From assembly GCF_030253515.1 (NCBI RefSeq), contig NZ_CP124549.1:60001-92000 (forward strand): a stretch of 32,000 nt of DNA, in the 5' to 3' direction. The number at the start of each line of letters is the position of its first letter. Position 1 is the stretch's first letter. The notes under the pieces are model-generated. The model made no database searches. It saw nothing but the letters and a program-made list of their open reading frames with translations, and was not told the origin of the DNA. Of this stretch, positions 1-8,597 are shown piece by piece. This DNA is from Candidatus Nanosynbacter lyticus (GTDB lineage: Bacteria > Patescibacteriota > Saccharimonadia > Saccharimonadales > Saccharimonadaceae). Both the position numbers and the translations under genes were made by a program.

Positions 1-962
1 TTTGTAAGGCCTGGAGTTTTGATGAAATTGACGCCAATGTGGCACGACTGGGTAATGTGCCAATTGAGCGACGCTACGTCGAGAGCGAAACTGAAGTGCC
101 AGGCAAGGCCTTGATCAAAGAAAAAACCCCAGAGGTCTTTACTGAGTCGGACGGTGCATATATCTTCAAGGGTAGCCAGTACGGTGCGTTTGATAATGTG
201 TTCATCGGTTCGCATGGCAACGGGTTGTATGGTGCGCACGACATGGGGCTGATCCAGCTGAAGCGCCAAGATTATCCAAACCTAGACCTATCAATTACCG
301 TCAATGGCGAAGAGCAGGCGGCGTATTTCCGCGGGGTGATTGCCGCTAGTGAATTGGCAATTCCAGAACTGAAGGGTAAATTGTTTAATTATGCGACTGG
401 CCTCGTCAAATTAACGACTGGTAAAATGAGTTCGCGTACTGGCGAGGTGATTACCATCGATTGGTTATTTAACGAGTTTAAAAAGGCCATCACGCAAGCT
501 GGCGGTGAACCAACCGACGAAGTAGTGGCTGGCGCACTGCGCTATCAATTTTTGAAGGTCAAAATTGGTAGCGATGTGGTCTTTGACATTAACGATGCGG
601 TTAGTTTGACAGGTAACACCGGTAGTTACCTACAGTATGCACACGCTCGGGCACGGGGTATCTTGGCGAAATCTGAGCAAGCAGTTGCGTTCCCGACGGA
701 ATTGTTCGACGAAGATCGGCTGCTCGTTAGGAAACTGAGCGAATACGCTGAGGCGGTTAACCGTGCTACCGAAAGTTTGGAGCCGCATCATATCTGCGCC
801 TATTTGTTTGAGCTGGCACAAGAATTCAACCGCTACTATGAGAAAAATCAAGTTGTTGGCAGCGACAAAGAAGCGCACCGCGTTGGCTTGGTAGCGGTGT
901 ATGCTGACATCTTGAAGGCGGGACTCACCATTCTTGGTATCGTCGCCCCCGATAAGTTGTAA
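1..962 (+). CDS. argS: Arginine--tRNA ligase, C-terminal part (5' end lies upstream of the window)
   Basis: Frame 3 is open from base 3, with no stop before the listed GTG at 39, so the gene enters truncated. It has a KMSKS-type loop (GKMSSRTGEV) and DALR anticodon-binding domain motifs (ALRYQFLK, YLQYAHARARGIL, HHICAYLFELAQEFNRYYE). Stop TAA 960-962. Confidence 0.93.
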   Translation, partial: CKAWSFDEIDANVARLGNVPIERRYVESETEVPGKALIKEKTPEVFTESDGAYIFKGSQYGAFDNVFIGSHGNGLYGAHDMGLIQLKRQDYPNLDLSITVNGEEQAAYFRGVIAASELAIPELKGKLFNYATGLVKLTTGKMSSRTGEVITIDWLFNEFKKAITQAGGEPTDEVVAGALRYQFLKVKIGSDVVFDINDAVSLTGNTGSYLQYAHARARGILAKSEQAVAFPTELFDEDRLLVRKLSEYAEAVNRATESLEPHHICAYLFELAQEFNRYYEKNQVVGSDKEAHRVGLVAVYADILKAGLTILGIVAPDKL

Positions 963-985
963 AATATTAGTAAATATTGTATGAT

Positions 986-1576
986 ATGTCAGAGATGGAA
1001 AAGTATATTTCTGCTAATTTGATGACGCCTAAACGGCAATTAGTTAAGGCTGAGCCAGGACTACGACGTGAACTTTTATTAGACTCGCAGCAGCTGAAGT
1101 TGATTCGTGCAGTGTATGAACAGTCTCCGCAGACGTATGATGCTGCAACGAAGGCGGCAGTTGATATAGCACGGGTGGTACGACAAACGGTGGATTTTGC
1201 TCCGACTTCGGCTGATTCACCGCTACTCGATGCAGTTGAAGTTGCTGGTTGTGAGGCTACAAATTGTTTTGGCCATGTCATTATTGCGTCAGAGTGTCTG
1301 GAGCAGCTCGGCATTGAGCATTTTGTTAGTTATGCGAATCAGCACGCTATGGTTACACTATTTGATTGGAGTAGTAGGCGAGCCTTTTTGCTCGATGTGG
1401 CAACAGAGGAGTTGTGCTGTGATATGACCGGCGTGATTGGCAGCGGTGCGCCCAACCCGCTTGACCAGCTGGCGATGGGTGAGTTGCGGGCAGTGAATAC
1501 ATTTTTTTCGGGGGAACTCTTGAAACGACTACCGCCGTCGATCGATAGGCAAAAGTTTATGAGCTCAAGGCCATGA
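986..1576 (+). CDS. Hypothetical protein with a possible transglutaminase/papain-like Cys-His-Asp core
   Basis: The ORF-track frame runs 977-1576. The start is uncertain: TTG 977, ATG 986 or ATG 995. TGTATGAT at 978-985 looks like a -10 box, which would favour ATG 995. NCFGHVIIASECLEQLGIEHFVSY...HAMVTL...FLLDVAT matches the spacing of the C..FA...LR..GIPAR.V.GY...HAW.E...DPT transglutaminase-like core. It ends at TGA 1574-1576, which is in frame with the next ORF. Confidence 0.6.
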   Translation: MSEMEKYISANLMTPKRQLVKAEPGLRRELLLDSQQLKLIRAVYEQSPQTYDAATKAAVDIARVVRQTVDFAPTSADSPLLDAVEVAGCEATNCFGHVIIASECLEQLGIEHFVSYANQHAMVTLFDWSSRRAFLLDVATEELCCDMTGVIGSGAPNPLDQLAMGELRAVNTFFSGELLKRLPPSIDRQKFMSSRP

Positions 1577-1672
1577 CTGTCATTTGATGCTATTGATGCG
1601 GCACAATCTCACGAATATAAGCCCCGAAATCGGATATTACAGTTCTTAACATTACCCTCAGTACCGGGGCGT

Positions 1673-2065
1673 ATGTTGTTGATTCAGCAATACAATGCTG
1701 CCCGGCGAGCGGAGTGGGGTGAAATCGAAACGGCGAGCGAGGAGCTATCAGAATTATCAGGGATATATCTTGATGTTGATTCGCGAAATGGCCTGAAAGA
1801 AGTTGATGGGTTGTGTCGTCGGCTAATAATAGCAGGAAAGTATGACGAAGCGGTTGAGCTAGCGACTATGGTGGACGAGAGCTTGGTCCCAGATGACAAA
1901 TCGAAGAATAAGTTGTTTTTGCCAGATGTTATGCGAAAAATTGCCAAACAGAAGGGCGACAAGAGACTTGCCCAAGAAGCCATTGCACTATATGAGGCGA
2001 AACCGCCAAATAGCCTGCGCAACGGCAAGCTTGCTGCAGCCATAAAACTTTTAGATAATTTGTAA
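1673..2065 (+). CDS. Hypothetical helical (TPR-like) protein; possibly the downstream part of the 977-1576 reading frame
   Basis: 130-aa ORF in the same frame as 977-1576, with no stop in the 96 nt between them. The helical-repeat-like sequence includes AGKYDEAVELA and AQEAIALYEA. Only a weak GGGG-type ribosome-binding site precedes ATG 1673. Confidence 0.55.
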   Translation: MLLIQQYNAARRAEWGEIETASEELSELSGIYLDVDSRNGLKEVDGLCRRLIIAGKYDEAVELATMVDESLVPDDKSKNKLFLPDVMRKIAKQKGDKRLAQEAIALYEAKPPNSLRNGKLAAAIKLLDNL

Positions 2066-2072
2066 AGTTTTA

Positions 2073-2081
2073 TGCTACAAT
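2073..2081 (+). promoter_or_regulatory. Extended -10 promoter (TGcTACAAT) for mscL
   Basis: TGCTACAAT lies 30 nt upstream of ATG 2112, followed by a leader with SD AAGGAG at 2101-2106. Confidence 0.5.
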
Positions 2082-2111
2082 CAAGGTACTACTTAACATA
2101 AAGGAGTTTTT

Positions 2112-2546
2112 ATGGCAGAGAAAAAAGTAGCCAAAAAGGCGACTACTAAACAGACGACCGCTAAGAAATCAATTGTGAAAAAACCAAGTGTGGCGGCACT
2201 GAAAGAAAAAGCGGCAGCAGTCAAGGGCCATGGCGGCGGTTTTATGACATTTATCCGTGAGCAGGGCGTGGTTGGCTTGGCTGTCGGTCTGGCGATCGGT
2301 ACTGCGGCTGGTGACACGGTCAAGAAATTGGTGACAGCATTTATCGATCCGCTCGTTCAGCTGATTGTCGGCTCGCAGGAAGGTTTGCAGGCAGCATCAT
2401 TCTCCGTTGAAATTGCTGGTCGTAAGGGTGAGTTTCTGTACGGCGCATTCGTTAGCTCGCTGATCACTTTGTTGGCGGTGGCGTTTGTGGTGTATGCAAT
2501 TATTCACTTTTTGAAGCTGGATAAATTAGACAAGAAAAAAGACTAA
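2112..2546 (+). CDS. mscL: Large-conductance mechanosensitive channel MscL with a Lys-rich N-terminal extension
   Basis: GFMTFIREQGVVGLAVGLAIGTAAGDTVKKLVTAFIDPLV matches the MscL N-terminal helix/TM1 signature (F..F..RGNV.DLAVG..IG.AF...V.S.V.D...P). A second TM (LITLLAVAFVVYAIIHF) follows. About 40 residues of Lys/Ala/Thr-rich sequence precede the conserved core. SD AAGGAG. Confidence 0.88.
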   Translation: MAEKKVAKKATTKQTTAKKSIVKKPSVAALKEKAAAVKGHGGGFMTFIREQGVVGLAVGLAIGTAAGDTVKKLVTAFIDPLVQLIVGSQEGLQAASFSVEIAGRKGEFLYGAFVSSLITLLAVAFVVYAIIHFLKLDKLDKKKD

Positions 2547-2563
2547 TTGGGCCTTGAAAACAG

Positions 2564-2592
2564 ATCCGCCGGATAAATACGGCGGATTTTTT
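2564..2592. terminator. Rho-independent terminator between convergent mscL and pyrH
   Basis: ATCCGCCG (2564-2571) pairs with CGGCGGAT (2580-2587) across an 8-nt loop, followed by a T-run to 2592. It lies 18 nt after the mscL stop and 49 nt beyond the pyrH stop. Confidence 0.8.
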
Positions 2593-2640
2593 ATGTAAAA
2601 CGATCTAGGCTGGAACAAGATGCGTACTGTACTCAGCAGG

Positions 2641-3345
2641 CTAGGAAATCAGCGTGCCGACTATCTCGCCGCGAGCGGCCCGGGCGATGTTGCCGTCGGT
2701 GAGCAGGTCGCAGATGATGACCGGTTTGTTCTCCTCGGCGGCCAGTCCAATGGCGGCCTTGTCCATAACAGTGATGTCAGGATTGGTGAGAATTTGGTCG
2801 TAATGAAGACGATCGAACTTAATGGCGTCAGGGAATTTAGCTGGGTCTTTGTCGTATACACCGTCGACTTTCGTCGTTTTGATCACAACGTCGCACTGCA
2901 TCTCGAGGGCGAGGTTGAGAGCGGCGGTATCGGTAGTCAGGAAGGGTCGGCCAGTGCCACAGGCAACGATGACGATGCGGCCCTTCTTGATATGACTAAG
3001 GGCGCGGCGGAAGGTGTATTGGTCGATGAATTGATTAATCTCCACGGTGGACAGGGCGCGGGTCGGTAGGGCAGCGTCGTTGAACACATCGGCCAGAGCG
3101 ATGGCGTTCATCAGAGTAGAGAGCATGCCGATGTTATGGGCCGAGACGGGCTGGATACCGTGGCCAATGATTTGGTTGCCGCGGACATAATTGCCGCCGC
3201 CAACCATGATGACGACTTCGGCGCCGCTGCTCAAGGCCGGTTTGATTTGTTCGGCGATCCAACGAGCCCGCTTAGGATCGAAGCCGCTGGCGAACTCGCC
3301 CTGGAGCTGCTCGCCGGATAATTTGAGAAGGATACGTTTTGCCAT
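2641..3345 (-). CDS. pyrH: UMP kinase
   Basis: Motifs KRILLKLSGE, VVIMVGGGN, GRPFLTTDTAAL and KVDGVYDKDP. The ORF-track start at 3405 reads through the promoter. I place the start at ATG 3345 (MAKRILLKLSGE), 6 nt downstream of a TGcTACACT box. Confidence 0.93.
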   Translation of the reverse strand: MAKRILLKLSGEQLQGEFASGFDPKRARWIAEQIKPALSSGAEVVIMVGGGNYVRGNQIIGHGIQPVSAHNIGMLSTLMNAIALADVFNDAALPTRALSTVEINQFIDQYTFRRALSHIKKGRIVIVACGTGRPFLTTDTAALNLALEMQCDVVIKTTKVDGVYDKDPAKFPDAIKFDRLHYDQILTNPDITVMDKAAIGLAAEENKPVIICDLLTDGNIARAARGEIVGTLIS

Positions 3346-3388
3346 AACTTTAGTGTAGCATGCTGCAAGGAAGTGGTAAAATAGAAAC
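3346..3388. promoter_or_regulatory. 43-bp divergent spacer with two extended -10 boxes (pyrH and orn), both leaderless-type
   Basis: Minus strand: TGcTACACT (3360-3352), a 6-nt spacer, then ATG 3345. Plus strand: TGgTAAAAT (3374-3382), a 6-nt spacer, then ATG 3389. Neither spacer has room for a Shine-Dalgarno sequence. Confidence 0.6.
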
Positions 3389-3943
3389 ATGAAAGCGAAA
3401 TTCAAGCCGCAGCGAATTTTATGGCTGGATATGGAAATGACCGGGCTAGATCCGGTGGAGGATTTTCCGATTGAGGTGGCGATGATTGTGACCGACTGGG
3501 GGTTTACGGAAATTGCTCATTTTGAGGGTGCAGCGCACTGGTGTAGCAAGAAAATGCAAGCACGATTTGATAAGAATAAATCATTTTGGTATGGCGATGG
3601 TGCGGCTGCGCGAGAGCAGCTGATAGCGCAAAACAAGATCACCAAGACAACTAAGGCGCAGCTCGAGCGCGATATCTTGGCATTTTTGGATGAGTATTTT
3701 GATGATGCACCAATTTTATTGGCGGGTAATTCAATTCATCAAGACCGGCGCTTTATCGATCATTGGTTCAAGAAATTTTCAAAACGCCTCCACTACCGAA
3801 TGCTGGATGTTAGTGCCTGGAAGGTGGTATTTGAAGGTAAATATGGCAAAAAATTTGCCAAGCCAGAGGATCATCGAGCGCTGGAGGACATCCGCGGTAG
3901 TATTCAAGAATTACAATATTATTTGAAGAAGGTGAAACGCTAG
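3389..3943 (+). CDS. orn: Oligoribonuclease (DEDDh 3'-5' exoribonuclease)
   Basis: Motifs ILWLDMEMTGLDP (Exo I), LAGNSIHQDRRFI (Exo II), HYRMLDVS and HRALEDIRGSIQEL (Exo III with His). 184 aa is typical for Orn. Confidence 0.9.
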   Translation: MKAKFKPQRILWLDMEMTGLDPVEDFPIEVAMIVTDWGFTEIAHFEGAAHWCSKKMQARFDKNKSFWYGDGAAAREQLIAQNKITKTTKAQLERDILAFLDEYFDDAPILLAGNSIHQDRRFIDHWFKKFSKRLHYRMLDVSAWKVVFEGKYGKKFAKPEDHRALEDIRGSIQELQYYLKKVKR

Positions 3944-3978
3944 GTTTACCAGTCGGCATATTCACGGCTGCTGAGTTA

Positions 3979-4006
3979 TTTGACAAGAGTGTACTTATCT
4001 GATACT
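3979..4006 (+). promoter_or_regulatory. Sigma-70-type promoter for the 4030 gene
   Basis: TTGACA (3979-3984), a 16-nt spacer, then GATACT (4001-4006). It is followed by SD AAGGAG and ATG 4030. Confidence 0.45.
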
Positions 4007-4029
4007 CTCCTGAGAAAAGGAGTTGGAAA

Positions 4030-4743
4030 ATGCATGCAGTAAGTTCTGAGTTACAGCAATATATGACCGGGCTAACGAATGAGATTTCGCGCGGTCATTT
4101 TGATGAGGCTGTGCGGCTTGGCGAGAAAGCGCTGATAATGGAGGAGCTGCATGGTGAGGGTAACGAGTCACTGCTAGGGGAGGTGTATCGCAATATGGCC
4201 GCCGTAAGTGATCGTTTGGGCCGAACTGACGCGGCGCTTAACTATATCGATCAGGCATATGACATCCATGATATAGCAACTAACAATGACCCCGGGATTG
4301 AGACGCTACGCGAGCGGTCAGCCACGGCATCGTATGTTGGTGTGTTTGCTTTAAAGGCGTATCTGTTAGCGGAGGGTCGGGATGAAGCGTTGGCGGACAA
4401 GGCGCGGCTCATGACGCGGCAGGCCGAGCAGGACATGGCAAAAGTAAACCAGCTTTCTAAAGAAGAGGACGCTGACCAGTACGAGATAAATATGGCATCC
4501 CGCTGGGGTATGGTTGAAAGTCTAGTGGGTGACAAGCAGCGAGGCTTGGCGCTGGCGGGCCGGGCAATTCGATTGGCTCGGCAATCAGAGCGGGATCAAC
4601 AAAAGGGCTTGACTGGGCGAGATGTTCTCAGGGCGCGAACACGAGCGGCGCTTCGTGGTATGGCGGCCGTGGCGGTAAATGCTGCGAGCCGATTTGGCGC
4701 GACGCGGGGCATGGCTGAGAAAATTGCTCTCAAGACATTGTGA
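4030..4743 (+). CDS. Hypothetical TPR-like helical-repeat protein
   Basis: 237-aa ORF with a good SD (AAAAGGAG). TPR-like stretches include FDEAVRLGEKAL and LGRTDAALNYIDQAYDIH. No enzymatic motif recognised. Confidence 0.75.
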   Translation: MHAVSSELQQYMTGLTNEISRGHFDEAVRLGEKALIMEELHGEGNESLLGEVYRNMAAVSDRLGRTDAALNYIDQAYDIHDIATNNDPGIETLRERSATASYVGVFALKAYLLAEGRDEALADKARLMTRQAEQDMAKVNQLSKEEDADQYEINMASRWGMVESLVGDKQRGLALAGRAIRLARQSERDQQKGLTGRDVLRARTRAALRGMAAVAVNAASRFGATRGMAEKIALKTL

Positions 4744-4744
4744 T

Positions 4745-4752
4745 TGTATACT
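4745..4752 (+). promoter_or_regulatory. -10 box TGTATACT, leaderless-type, for the MmcQ/YjbR-like gene
   Basis: The box starts 2 nt after the upstream stop (TGA 4741-4743). A 6-nt spacer (GAGAGC) separates it from ATG 4759. Confidence 0.55.
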
Positions 4753-4758
4753 GAGAGC

Positions 4759-5094
4759 ATGACCCATAAACAATTTGAAGAGTTTATCCTGAGTTTGCCC
4801 GGTGTGTGGCTGGATTATCCGTTTGGCGAGGATGTTGCGGTGTATAAGTTTGGTAAGAATAATGACGGCGCAGGGAAGATGGTAGCTCTGGTGGCTGAGG
4901 GCTCGAAGCCGCTCAGGGTTAGTCTGAAGTGCGACCCACTACTGGCTGAGAATCTCCGCGAGAAGTACGAGACGGTGCTGCCGGGGTATCATCTGAATAA
5001 GAAGCATTGGAATACCATCATTTGCTCGGGGCAATTGAGTGATGAAGAAATTTTTGATTTGGTGCGGCTAAGTTATCAGCTGGTGGCGGAGTGA
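4759..5094 (+). CDS. MmcQ/YjbR family (predicted DNA-binding) protein
   Basis: LPGVWLDYPFGEDVAVYKFG...KMVALV...LKCDP..AENLREKYE.VLPGYHLNKKHWNTI matches the YjbR/MmcQ family pattern. The ORF-track TTG at 4744 lies inside the -10 box, so I use ATG 4759. Confidence 0.82.
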   Translation: MTHKQFEEFILSLPGVWLDYPFGEDVAVYKFGKNNDGAGKMVALVAEGSKPLRVSLKCDPLLAENLREKYETVLPGYHLNKKHWNTIICSGQLSDEEIFDLVRLSYQLVAE

Positions 5095-5165
5095 GTAAAA
5101 CAGCATAAACTGAGTGCCGGGAGAAATAGTGCTGCTCCGACCGACTTGTGCCGCATCGTGCGTGG

Positions 5166-5786
5166 TTATGACTTGTCCGAATCACCGGTGATCGCCATGA
5201 GCTGCTTGCGTACGTTGGTGAGGTCGGAAATGGTTTTCTCAAGAAAGTCAATTGTGCTTTTGCTGCGCGAACCCTCTTTGATACGATTCATCATCAAGAG
5301 CGTATCAGCCAGTTCGGTATTCATGGTGTAGGCATAGGTGTTGTCGAGGTCGGCATTGAGATAGGCCTCCTCAAATTTTTCCTCGAGTTTTGTCGGTGGG
5401 TCGAGCGCGGTGATGTTTTTGAGGTCTTTTTTGACGTCGATGTTCTGGGCGGCGGCCGGCGTCTCGATGGACTTATTGGCAGTGGTGAGTACGGCCGTGA
5501 GCGAGCTATTAGCGTCTTGGAGCTGGCTGGATTTGAGGCGGGAAGTAAATTTCTCAGAGACGGTTTGGAGTTTTTGTAGACGAGCAATGAGGTTATTTAA
5601 TGAAGGGCCGCGGGAGGCGTTTTGGGTGGCGTTGATGATAAAGGCCAGGCCGAGTAGTCCAATGATGCCGAGAATGAGCAAGATAATCTTTGTCTTTTTA
5701 TCAAAGCCTTGCGGTGCTGGCGGTGCAGAAATTTGATTGAGATAATCAATACCGGTTGGCACGTCGTAGTCATTGTGTGGCTGCAT
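5166..5786 (-). CDS. Hypothetical single-pass membrane protein (N-in anchor, helical ectodomain)
   Basis: 206-aa ORF with one TM (IILLILGIIGLLGLAFII) after a ~30-aa N-terminus. The remainder is polar and helical. Leaderless-type promoter upstream. Confidence 0.75.
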   Translation of the reverse strand: MQPHNDYDVPTGIDYLNQISAPPAPQGFDKKTKIILLILGIIGLLGLAFIINATQNASRGPSLNNLIARLQKLQTVSEKFTSRLKSSQLQDANSSLTAVLTTANKSIETPAAAQNIDVKKDLKNITALDPPTKLEEKFEEAYLNADLDNTYAYTMNTELADTLLMMNRIKEGSRSKSTIDFLEKTISDLTNVRKQLMAITGDSDKS

Positions 5787-5840
5787 ATACCCATTAAAGC
5801 ATAAACAACAACAGAGGTAAAGAGTGATATAATAAAAACC
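5787..5840. promoter_or_regulatory. 54-bp divergent spacer with two extended -10 boxes (membrane protein gene and dnaG)
   Basis: Minus strand: TGcTTTAAT (5801-5793), a 6-nt spacer, then ATG 5786. Plus strand: TGaTATAAT (5825-5833), a 7-nt spacer, then ATG 5841. Confidence 0.6.
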
Positions 5841-7574
5841 ATGAATGATGCCAAAGAAGAAGTGCGGGCGCGGCTAAATATCGAGGACGTGATCGGCGAA
5901 TATGTTCAGCTGAAGCGGGCGGGTCGTAATTTGAAGGGACTGAGTCCATTCACTGATGAGCGGACGCCGAGTTTTATGGTCAGTCCGGAAAAGCAGATTT
6001 GGCATGATTTTTCTTCGGGCAAGGGAGGCGATATTTTTACGTTCGTGATGCTGGTGGAGGGGATGGATTTCCGGCAGGCGTTGGAACATTTGGCGCGCAA
6101 GGCAGGCGTGGATTTGAGTTTGTTTTCTCATGGTGATGGGCGCACGGCCAAGCGGCGGGCGCGGGCAGGGGAGGCGCTGAAATTGGCCGCGAATTTCTAT
6201 CAGCAAAATTTGGTGAAAAATTCGGCAGCACGAGAATACGCGGTGAAAAAACGGCGGCTGAATCGGCAGACGATCGGTGATTTTATCATCGGCTATGCGC
6301 CGGATCAGGGCGATGCGCTGACGAAAGCGCTGGAAAAGCGGGGATTTTCGCGCCGGGAACTGGCTGACGCGGGGCTGGTGAATCGGTTTGGCGGCGACTT
6401 GTTTCGGGGGCGGATGATGGTGGTCTTGAGTGATAGCAGCGGCGAGGTGGTTGGCTTTACGGGGCGAATTATTCGTGATGATCCGCGCGCGCCAAAGTAT
6501 CTGAACACGCCGCAGACCCTGCTATTTGATAAATCGCGCCATATTTTTGGGCTGTATCAGGCGAAAGAGGCGATTCGTAGGAGCGACGCGGCGGTGATTG
6601 TCGAGGGGAATCTGGACGTGGTTAGTAGCCACCAAGCTGGCGTCAAAAACGTGGTGGCGACGGCGGGAACGGCGATGACCCTGCAACATCTGAAGGTGCT
6701 GAGCCGGTTGGCGGGGCGGATTCGTGTGGCATTTGATGGCGACCGGGCGGGCGTGAGCGCGACGGAGCGGGCCATCAATTTGGCGCAGGAAATTGGTGTG
6801 GAATTAGAGGTGGTGAGTCTGCCGGACGGCGTGAAAGACCCGGATGAATTGATCCAAAAAGACCCAGCCCTGTGGCAAGCGGCGGTTGAGCGGGCGCAGC
6901 CGGCGGTGGACTGGGTAATCGCTCGGCACGCCGAGATGGAAGATTTGGCGACGGCCGAAGGGAAGCGGCGATTTTCGACAACTGCATTGAGAATCGTGCG
7001 CGGCCTGAAAGATCCGGTGGAGCAAGAGCATTACTTGGCGGTAATTTCTAAAGAAACTGGTGCTAGTCTCGCGGTCTTGCGAGCGAAGCTTGGCGCTGAG
7101 AGATCAACGCCGCCCGCTCAGCTTAAAAAACCAAAGATTGAAAAGGCGACTCCGAGTAAACCTCGTGACGAATTAGCGGACATCATCGTCGGTCTGGCGC
7201 TTAGTCAGCCGTCGACTCGGCGCTGGGTCGGGGCGCTCGAGGCGGCTAGCTTGGACGAGCCAGCTCGAGCAGTGGTGACGGCGCTGCAGGCTGAGCCGCT
7301 ACTTGACATAGAAAAATTACCCCGTCCCTTGCAAAAATTTGAGCAGTATGTGAAAATAGTACAGTTAAAAAGTGAACGCCGCTACATGGACTGGGAGCCG
7401 GAAGCTCTGGACAGTGAAATGGCGCGTTTGGTAAAGCAATTGATACGTAAACACCGCGACACAAAAAAACAACAATTATTAGAAGATTTGCGTGAGGCTG
7501 AGGAGCTCAGCGATGAGGCGCGGGCGCGTATCTTGCGGCAGCAGCTGAACGCACTGATTAAGGAGAATGTGTGA
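5841..7574 (+). CDS. dnaG: DNA primase DnaG (zinc-ribbon ligands all substituted)
   Basis: N-terminal primase zinc-binding-domain homology ([36 protein letters not shown]). TOPRIM region ([32 protein letters not shown]). Its stop TGA 7572-7574 overlaps the rpoD GTG. Confidence 0.93.
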   Translation: MNDAKEEVRARLNIEDVIGEYVQLKRAGRNLKGLSPFTDERTPSFMVSPEKQIWHDFSSGKGGDIFTFVMLVEGMDFRQALEHLARKAGVDLSLFSHGDGRTAKRRARAGEALKLAANFYQQNLVKNSAAREYAVKKRRLNRQTIGDFIIGYAPDQGDALTKALEKRGFSRRELADAGLVNRFGGDLFRGRMMVVLSDSSGEVVGFTGRIIRDDPRAPKYLNTPQTLLFDKSRHIFGLYQAKEAIRRSDAAVIVEGNLDVVSSHQAGVKNVVATAGTAMTLQHLKVLSRLAGRIRVAFDGDRAGVSATERAINLAQEIGVELEVVSLPDGVKDPDELIQKDPALWQAAVERAQPAVDWVIARHAEMEDLATAEGKRRFSTTALRIVRGLKDPVEQEHYLAVISKETGASLAVLRAKLGAERSTPPAQLKKPKIEKATPSKPRDELADIIVGLALSQPSTRRWVGALEAASLDEPARAVVTALQAEPLLDIEKLPRPLQKFEQYVKIVQLKSERRYMDWEPEALDSEMARLVKQLIRKHRDTKKQQLLEDLREAEELSDEARARILRQQLNALIKENV

Positions 7575-8536
7575 ACAACGACCAGCAATACACCCCGACC
7601 AATGACGATCCACTCGAGCCAGATCTGACGGCGGTACATGATGACGAGGAGATAGAAGATCTCGAGGCGTTGAGCGCTGGCCAGTATCTGGATGACATTT
7701 CGGACGATTCGGTGCGGTTGTATCTGCGTGAGATTGGTAAAATCCCGCTGTTAAGCTCGGACGAGGAAATGGAGCTGGCGCGGCGGATCATTGAGGGCGA
7801 TAAGAAGGCCAAGGACAAGATGGCCGAGGCGAACATGCGTTTGGTGGTGTCGATCGCTAAGCGCTATTCGGGCCGTGGGTTGGATTTTCTGGACCTGATT
7901 CAGGAGGGAAATACTGGTCTACTTCGGGCCGTGGAGAAGTTTGATCCGGACAAGGGCTTTAAGTTTTCGACCTACGCGACGTGGTGGATTCGCCAGGCGA
8001 TTACCCGGGCGATCGCTGATCAGGCGCGGACGATTCGCATCCCCGTGCATATGATTGAGACAATTAATAAGCTGGTGCGGACGCAGCGACGGCTCACCCA
8101 GGAACTGAACCGCGAGCCGACGATGGAAGAATTGTCCAAGGAGATGGACATGGAGCCGGAAAAGATTGAATACATCAATAAAATTCGACAAGAGACGTCG
8201 AGTTTGGATGCTGGCATTGGGCGTGATGGTGACGAGGAAGATTCGGTGTTGGGCGATTTTATCGAGGATGAAGATACAATTTCGCCAGAAGAATCAGCGA
8301 CCAATCAGCTGCTGAAAGAAAAGGTCGCCGAGGTGCTGTCGAGTCTGTCTGATCGCGAGCAAAAAATTGTGCGCATGCGGTTTGGGCTGGATAATGGCGG
8401 TAAAAGCCATACGCTCGAGGAAGTCGGTCAGCAATTTGCTGTGACGCGCGAACGTATCCGCCAGATCGAGGCGAAGGCTTTGGCGAAGCTGAGGAAGCAC
8501 AAAGACGCTAAGAAGTTGTATGAGTATTTGAGCTAG
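7571..8536 (+). CDS. rpoD: Primary-type RNA polymerase sigma factor (sigma-70 family)
   Basis: Region 1.2/2 ([65 protein letters not shown]), region 3 and region 4.2 ([24 protein letters not shown]). The GTG start lies 5 nt after SD AAGGAG (7560-7565) and has a 4-bp GTGA overlap with dnaG. Confidence 0.93.
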   Translation: MNNDQQYTPTNDDPLEPDLTAVHDDEEIEDLEALSAGQYLDDISDDSVRLYLREIGKIPLLSSDEEMELARRIIEGDKKAKDKMAEANMRLVVSIAKRYSGRGLDFLDLIQEGNTGLLRAVEKFDPDKGFKFSTYATWWIRQAITRAIADQARTIRIPVHMIETINKLVRTQRRLTQELNREPTMEELSKEMDMEPEKIEYINKIRQETSSLDAGIGRDGDEEDSVLGDFIEDEDTISPEESATNQLLKEKVAEVLSSLSDREQKIVRMRFGLDNGGKSHTLEEVGQQFAVTRERIRQIEAKALAKLRKHKDAKKLYEYLS

Positions 8537-8552
8537 ATTGACGGGCGATAAT

Positions 8553-8584
8553 AAAAAGGCCAGGCGGGTATGTCTGGCCTTTTT
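8553..8584. terminator. Bidirectional rho-independent terminator between convergent rpoD and the kinase gene
   Basis: AGGCCAG (8557-8563) pairs with CTGGCCT (8574-8580) across a 10-nt loop. An A-run lies on the left and TTTT on the right. Confidence 0.8.
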
Positions 8585-8597
8585 GGTGCGTTGTGAT

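Noticed and set aside
1574-1576. In-frame TGA read as selenocysteine or as a reassigned sense codon (code 4/25)
   Set aside because: TGA clearly terminates other genes here: dnaG at 7572-7574, the 4030 gene at 4741-4743 and truB at 21060-21062. I see no hairpin immediately downstream, only a short direct repeat TTGATGC-TA-TTGATGC. A nonsense mutation or two separate genes are more likely.
2620-3069. 149-aa plus-strand ORF, and a 61-aa ORF at 3136-3321
   Set aside because: They lie entirely antisense to pyrH, whose minus-strand translation carries every UMP kinase motif. The plus-strand products are Gly/Asp/Val-rich shadow-frame sequence with no start context.
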